From: Eledone cirrhosa
Lineage: Eukaryota
DNA: 64,000 bases
Reading direction: 5' to 3'
NCBI GenBank assembly: GCA_964016885.1
Contig: OZ024741.1
Location: forward strand, 350,858,001-350,922,000
Shown piece by piece: positions 60,701-64,000 of this stretch; positions within the stretch are counted from its first letter, which is position 1, and each line of letters starts with the position of its first letter. The position numbers and the translations under genes are program-made. The notes below the pieces were generated by a model that made no database searches, was not told where the DNA came from, and was given only the letters and a program-made list of their open reading frames with translations.

Positions 60701-62797
60701 GATTTTACTGAAAATATTGGACCACAACACACATTACCACCCGATGCTAAAGCACTGGATTATTATTTTTTATTTTTACCACAATCTTTCTTCGAAGTTG
60801 TGGCAAATCGCTATGCACAACAACAAATTTCTAATATCGGAAAACCCGATCTGTTATGTTGTCCGACAGATTCTGCCGAAATGAAAGCGTTTTTTACCAT
60901 AAATATTATGTTTGGTATTAAACAATTTCCACGACTGTGGAATTATTGGAGTACTGATATAAGGTTTGGTGACCCTTATATATCTAGTATTATGGCAAAA
61001 ACGAGATTCATTAAATTAAAACAGTATTTGCATCTGGTTGATACTTCAAATGCCCCTGGTAGAAATGAATCAAATTACGACCCACTGTACAAAGTACGAC
61101 CATTAATTGAAATATTGTCATAAAAATTTAAAAGTGTGTATAAACTTATATATTGGGAACTTTCTATTACGTAATTTTACACCGTACATTTACAGAGTAC
61201 ATTGCCAATATTATTTTGACCGGTGAAAAGGTTTTATACATTTTTTTCAATGAAAATATTTGCCTGGAATGTAGAGAAAGACTAAAACCGTGTACTGATT
61301 ACACCTGCATTTTTAATTAATTCACCTGTTCAGAAAACTGCTAGAATTGATGGAAATCAGCATCTAGGTCATTATTGGATTTTTTTGCAACAAATCTAAC
61401 AGATAAGGCAGATAAAGTTTAAATTTTTGTGTTTATCCATAAAGTTATTACTTTTACACCTGTTAATTAATTTCACTTGCCCATAAAAGTCAAATTTAAC
61501 AAAAAAAATCAGGTAAAAATATATAATTGTAAATTATAGTTATTTAAACATCTACTGACAAAATTTCAAGTCTGCACATAGAAAATTAAAGTAATTACAA
61601 ACAAATAAAATTGATAACCCTCTTGAGTATAATTAAGTGAAAATAATGCGAATAGATGAACATGACATTTGATAATTCAATGTGAATGCTAAAGGGTTAA
61701 ATGTGGTTGGTGTTAGGAAGGGCATCCAGCTGTAGAAACCAAGCCAGAAATAGTTATGTATGAACAAGACACAGTCACCTGATCTGACTTGTCTCACAAC
61801 GGGACAACTCAGCTAACCCATGCTAGCATGGAAAATGGACATTAAATGGTGATGAGAATGATAATATCATCACCTCCTTTAAGGAATTAGACAAAATATA
61901 TTCAAAAACACATTGAATCTGCTTTCAGAAAGTTATTTCTAATAACTTAAAGATATGAAAACATTTTATCATTATCATTTTATGCATCTGTTATATGCAA
62001 TGTTTTATAACAAAAGTCATTTACTTTGAAGGACACACAGGAGATTCTTCGGTTGCTTCTTCTAACTGCTTCCCTTCTTTCTTCCGTACCATTTTGGATT
62101 TCAAAGAATTATCAAGTTTCGAGTTTTCTTTACCACTACAAACAAACAAATAAAACAGTGAATATATATATATATATATATAACTCCATGACTGACATTA
62201 ATTTCAAACTGTTAAACTTATCTTTAAAGATGGGGGTGAAGAGAGAAAAACGTTTCATACAGTGGAAGTTGCATTCTGATCATTTTAAGATGAAACTTTT
62301 TCATTAACAATAACCAGCTGATAACATTCAGTAAATGAAGAGTTTAGAAGCCACTAATTTTGGCAACAATAACAAGGTGATGACATCAGTGATGATAAAC
62401 ATAATATACTTTGTAATGTAGTAGTGCTGATGCTTTAACATGCACCCAGTACACACTATAAAGTGGCTAGCATTAGGAAGAACATCCTGTCATAGAAACC
62501 ATACTAAAACAAAATATATGAGCAAGTTGCAGTGATCTGATTTGTCTAGTCACAGACCATGACAACTCGCCCAACTTGCACCAGCATGGAAAACATGTAA
62601 AACAATGATAGTCTTATTTTCAGTCAAAAGAAGAAGAAAGGAAGATTAAGGGGAAGAAAAGAAAGATTAAGATACGAGCGCAATGGGGATAAAGGATCAC
62701 CTGTAAGCTTGGCGAGTCATCCTTTCAGCTGAGAAGTTATTAAACGTCCTATCTGACAAAGGTGTAACAGCACTGACTTCCGCACGGTTGACCGACT
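28605..62797 (-). CDS. USP37: Ubiquitin carboxyl-terminal hydrolase 37-like (USP26/29/37 family); 21 exons, about 813 aa in window, 5' end outside
   Basis: All 21 exons are phase-consistent with GT/AG ends. Motifs: Cys box [23 protein letters not shown], zinc-ribbon Cxx[16 protein letters not shown] boxes, UIM-like inserts, [17 protein letters not shown], His box GHY...WYSFDD...SGYIFFY. Confidence 0.92.
29642..29780 (-). CDS. USP37: USP37 His-box exon
   Basis: [23 protein letters not shown]...SGYIFFYLS. Confidence 0.93.
29966..30525. mobile_element. piggyBac-type MITE interrupted by SINE A (30064-30398)
   Basis: TTAA at both ends; the SINE is flanked by an ATGAG duplication. Confidence 0.8.
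30950..31019 (-). CDS. USP37: USP37 exon
   Basis: [23 protein letters not shown]. Confidence 0.93.
32083..32283. mobile_element. piggyBac-type MITE
   Basis: Perfect TIR CCCTTTAGCATTTA/TAAATGCTAAAGGG with TTAA TSDs. Confidence 0.9.
32376..32485 (-). CDS. USP37: USP37 exon
   Basis: [14 protein letters not shown]...[11 protein letters not shown]; phases fit. Confidence 0.85.
32740..37975 (+). mobile_element. 5'-truncated CR1-like LINE, split by a CRE-like insertion
   Basis: RT ORF 33118-34071 ([40 protein letters not shown]). It resumes near 37560 (NTHKII...TRGH...[14 protein letters not shown]) and ends in (ATT)n. Confidence 0.9.
34091..37560 (-). mobile_element. CRE-like non-LTR retrotransposon with PHD finger, RT and RLE
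   Basis: PHD (C4HC3) at about 36870-37015; RT ([37 protein letters not shown]); CCHC knuckle and RLE (GLHPLSC...RH...GKRPDG...LVWDATC...EGAKLLKY); several frameshifts. Confidence 0.88.
38122..38352 (-). mobile_element. SINE family A, internally deleted
   Basis: Reverse complement of the tRNA head and tail of family A. Confidence 0.8.
38409..38469 (-). CDS. USP37: USP37 UIM exon
   Basis: [20 protein letters not shown] (UIM-like); NAGNAG acceptor cagAAG. Confidence 0.85.
38596..38650 (-). ncRNA. Type I hammerhead ribozyme (predicted)
   Basis: The minus strand reads agagcttc CTGATGA tttc-tcat-gaat GAAA CAG-ttctagtc-CTG TA gaagctct: 8-bp stem I, intact core, GUA cleavage triplet. Confidence 0.75.
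39009..39465 (+). mobile_element. CR1/L2-group LINE RT fragment
   Basis: [38 protein letters not shown]. Confidence 0.85.
39468..39625 (-). CDS. USP37: USP37 exon (KEN box)
   Basis: [15 protein letters not shown]...APVVDLE; phases fit. Confidence 0.8.
40375..40593 (-). CDS. USP37: USP37 exon (UIM-like)
   Basis: [27 protein letters not shown]...NSLT, cag/gtgagt ends. Confidence 0.82.
40817..41001. mobile_element. piggyBac-type MITE
   Basis: TTAA at both ends; right TIR intact. Confidence 0.8.
41268..41328 (-). CDS. USP37: USP37 exon
   Basis: [20 protein letters not shown], cag/gtaag ends. Confidence 0.75.
41357..41525. mobile_element. Possible Tc1/pogo-like MITE
   Basis: Degenerate inverted termini (TACAGATAAAATTCTGTTACATCGAA / TTCGTTATAATGGAATTTCACAGTA) bounded by TA. 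Confidence 0.45.
41843..41916. repeat. (GT)n microsatellite
   Basis: About 37 perfect GT units. Confidence 0.95.
41950..42132. mobile_element. piggyBac-type MITE
   Basis: TTAA-CCCTTTAGC...GCTAATGGG-TTAA. Confidence 0.85.
42299..42358 (-). CDS. USP37: USP37 exon
   Basis: [20 protein letters not shown], tag/gtaag ends. Confidence 0.72.
42992..43130 (-). CDS. USP37: USP37 exon
   Basis: [18 protein letters not shown]...NHTNNK, cag/gtaatt ends. Confidence 0.75.
43411..43616. mobile_element. piggyBac-type MITE flanked by a roughly 180-bp direct duplication
   Basis: Family body with TTAA ends; the flanks 43232-43414 and 43613-43790 are near-identical. Confidence 0.8.
43797..43868 (-). CDS. USP37: USP37 exon
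   Basis: [23 protein letters not shown], cag/gtaag ends. Confidence 0.78.
44142..44300 (-). CDS. USP37: USP37 exon
   Basis: [12 protein letters not shown]...[11 protein letters not shown]. Confidence 0.92.
44425..45700. repeat. Degenerate minisatellite (unit about 33 bp) interrupted by a piggyBac derivative
   Basis: Repeated GACACCAGAGC..AGATGTGG..TAT units on both sides of the TTAA-bounded insertion at 44568-45430. Confidence 0.65.
44568..45430. mobile_element. Non-autonomous piggyBac derivative (about 860 bp)
   Basis: TTAA-TCCTTTAGCATTCA ... AAAGGG-TTAA; 45030-45400 is homologous to the right arm (61215-61630) of the 60-61 kb piggyBac. Confidence 0.75.
45981..46100 (-). CDS. USP37: USP37 exon
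   Basis: [39 protein letters not shown]. Confidence 0.92.
46222..46410. mobile_element. piggyBac-type MITE (right end truncated)
   Basis: TTAACCCTTTAGCATTTAAACCGGCC start. Confidence 0.8.
46705..46770 (-). CDS. USP37: USP37 exon
   Basis: [21 protein letters not shown]. Confidence 0.88.
46803..47273. repeat. Intronic direct duplication (about 170-190 bp, two copies)
   Basis: 46803-46975 resembles 47084-47273 (GGGGTACTAACAATTTTA...CCCAAAGGGGTGTTCACCAC). Confidence 0.8.
47353..47549 (-). CDS. USP37: USP37 exon (QDAHE box)
   Basis: [16 protein letters not shown]...[18 protein letters not shown]. Confidence 0.92.
47642..47847. mobile_element. piggyBac-type MITE nested in a second TTAA-MITE family
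   Basis: TTAA ends; surrounded by a different repeat also seen at 29880, 30540 and 41020. Confidence 0.75.
48534..48660 (-). CDS. USP37: USP37 exon
   Basis: [11 protein letters not shown]...[18 protein letters not shown]. Confidence 0.9.
49377..49977 (-). mobile_element. Non-autonomous RTE-like retroposon (about 600 bp), copy 1
   Basis: RTE-5'UTR-like GGAGAAGGAAAACTCTG segment, C2H2 remnant (CxxC..F....GL.SH) and (TA)n tail; near-identical to copy 2. Confidence 0.65.
49978..51106. repeat. Compound (TACA)n/(TA)n/(TATACA)n microsatellite, about 1.1 kb
   Basis: Read directly; it is the source of the spurious Y/I/H/T and M/Y/V/C ORFs. Confidence 0.97.
51107..51713 (-). mobile_element. Non-autonomous RTE-like retroposon (about 600 bp), copy 2
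   Basis: Tandem copy of 49377-49977; encodes a [19 protein letters not shown] remnant. Confidence 0.65.
52242..52373 (-). CDS. USP37: USP37 Cys-box exon
   Basis: [28 protein letters not shown]. Confidence 0.94.
52605..54480 (+). mobile_element. Cluster of RTE 3'-end fragments
   Basis: Three (GAT)n-tailed 3' UTR copies (about 52605-53010, 53390-53595, 53835-54480) matching the 6.6-7.9 kb element. Confidence 0.8.
55050..57660 (+). mobile_element. RTE LINE (APE, linker, RT C-terminal half; RT core deleted)
   Basis: [10 protein letters not shown]...VQETRW, AGDFN, SQIDFIL, SQHSLV, TWWWN; near 56435 it jumps to ELLYA-DL; FCYLG; RLRWYGYV; (GAT)n tail. Confidence 0.9.
57721..57771 (+). ncRNA. Type I hammerhead ribozyme (predicted)
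   Basis: ggcttc CTGATGA tttc-cccc-gaag GAAA CAG-ttctagtc-CTG TA gaagcc: all three stems and the core are present; predicted cleavage after A57765. Confidence 0.8.
57869..57969. mobile_element. Tc1/mariner-like MITE (about 100 bp)
   Basis: Imperfect TIR of about 30 bp (CAGGGTATCCCCCTAAAATGTATACACACTT / AAGTGTGCATACATTTTGGGGGGACAACTTG) in a TA-rich site. Confidence 0.65.
58136..58270 (-). CDS. USP37: USP37 exon
   Basis: [15 protein letters not shown]...PKLALR(G); phase 2 joins the Cys-box exon. Confidence 0.82.
58944..59087 (-). CDS. USP37: USP37 exon
   Basis: [15 protein letters not shown]...GGKRIL; phases fit. Confidence 0.75.
60238..61696 (+). mobile_element. Internally deleted piggyBac transposon inserted in a SINE
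   Basis: TTAA TSDs at 60234-37 and 61697-700; TIR CCCTTTAGCGTTCA/TGAATGCTAAAGGG; the SINE halves rejoin across the TTAA. Confidence 0.92.
60467..61123 (+). pseudogene. piggyBac (PGBD4-like) transposase N-terminal 218 aa, DDD core missing
   Basis: Acidic N-terminus, ANRYAQQ, EMKAFF, YWSTD, MAKTRF...[13 protein letters not shown]. Confidence 0.88.
62025..62135 (-). CDS. USP37: USP37 exon (KEN box)
   Basis: [14 protein letters not shown]...SPVCPS; phases fit. Confidence 0.75.
62701..62797 (-). CDS. USP37: USP37 exon
   Basis: [31 protein letters not shown], cag/gtgat ends. Confidence 0.7.
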
Positions 62798-63143
62798 CTG
62801 AAATTTACAGTAAACACAATTAAGTGTCAGTTTATATAACACACTGTGAATTAATACTTACCTGGACTATATTTCTAATTAAAATCTGACACCTTATTTA
62901 CGTAGAATTTGAAGTTGGTGAAAATTGTCAAAATATTGACCTCAAGTATAAGTTGACTCCACCCTTTCTATCATAGATTTTTTTTTATCACACATTTTTC
63001 AGCTTATATTTAAGTATTTATTGGTAACTGAAACATCTCATATTTTAACCTTCTAGTTATATACCTAATGAAAGATACTGCCTAGGATTTTCATATCCTT
63101 TTGAAAATAATCAAGAATTAGGAGATCCTATTTAAAGCATAGC

Positions 63144-63357
63144 TTAACCTTTTAGCATTTACATTAATGTATATTTACAATTGTATTTTCATGATAATGG
63201 CTTTATCTCACATAATATTGAATCTGAGATTTTGGTGATATTTATTTTGAGAATAATACCTTAACATTAGTATGAACAGCCAGTTACAACTGGTTTTAAC
63301 AGAAAGAGGTGAGAAAATTCTGGCCGGGTACAGCCAGTTTAAATGTTAAAGGGTTAA
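63144..63357. mobile_element. piggyBac-type MITE
   Basis: TTAA-CCTTTTAGCATTTAC...AAATGTTAAAGGG-TTAA. Confidence 0.85.
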
Positions 63358-63689
63358 AGGTTCCACGATAATTTTTTGTAAGAGAAAACAATAAAACATC
63401 TGAGCATCGTAAACCTAAAGTCCATTTAGGATCAAAAGTGTTAATTTCCGTAATAATAAAAAATTCTGAGGTGATTTAGATGAAAACTAACTTTTTATTC
63501 ATTTAGTAATTTATTAGTATGGTGATTGTTATTGATTAGTACTCGATAGTATGGTATAACTTAGCCTGTGTTTGGAACACAAAGTTCTTACATAAAAATA
63601 TATCATGTAAATACAATTTAATAGAAAAAGTAAAAAAGAAAATTTAGATTGAGAAAAAATATATATATATATAAACGGAAAAGGAAGGG

Positions 63690-63950
63690 AATGGCAAGGG
63701 CTCTAGTGTCACAGAATGGAGATGTGGAGGGTGATTGGGCTAGGAGCCTAGGGCTGCACCCACTACGGAGAAGACTGCAAAAGCATTCCTGCAGACAATG
63801 GCCAGTGACACCCGCTGCAACAACCACTCCACCTTTCTGGGCTCCTTCTTCAGACGGGTCGCAACATTCCAATCTTGCGGAGGAACTTGACAGTAGTGAG
63901 GTCTCTACGGTGATGCGAAGCGGAAGCAGCCAGACAAATAATGAAACTTC
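63690..63950 (-). mobile_element. CRE-like retrotransposon 3' fragment
   Basis: Minus-strand TVETS and EPRKVEWLLQRVSLAIVCRNAFAVFS match the C-terminus of the 34145-34699 RLE ORF ([26 protein letters not shown]). Confidence 0.75.
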
Positions 63951-64000
63951 TGTTTCAAGCATCTTTGTCTCAGAAATACCTTAAAATTTGTTTCTATTCT

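Noticed and set aside
63930-63980. Possible further USP37 exon at the right edge
   Set aside because: An acceptor-like AG exists, but there is no phase-1 GT donor and the frame runs into a CRE-like fragment; unresolved.
1-64000. CRISPR arrays, rRNA or genuine tRNA genes
   Set aside because: None seen. The tRNA-like sequences are SINE heads and the Gypsy PBS.

Overview
This is AT-rich, repeat-dense animal genomic DNA. The repeat landscape suggests a coleoid cephalopod such as octopus, which is an inference. Three spliced genes were rebuilt by hand from GT-AG boundaries with consistent phases. SIRT7 (minus strand) has 6 exons in the window and runs off the left edge. METTL23 (plus strand) is complete, 5 exons and 227 aa, head-to-head with SIRT7. 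A USP37-like deubiquitinase (minus strand) has 21 exons in the window and its 5' end lies beyond the right edge. The introns contain a full-length Gypsy LTR element, RTE and CR1-like LINEs, three CRE-like RLE retrotransposon copies (one with a PHD finger, nested in a CR1), an internally deleted piggyBac with about 10 related MITEs, tRNA-derived SINEs, a U2 fragment and long microsatellites. The most notable observations are a small repeat family carrying type I hammerhead ribozymes (one intact copy is sense to a USP37 intron) and a genomic Ser (AGT) at the conserved Gly of the METTL23 SAM-binding motif that A-to-I editing could restore. Long duplications around piggyBac MITEs and at a splice donor also stand out.
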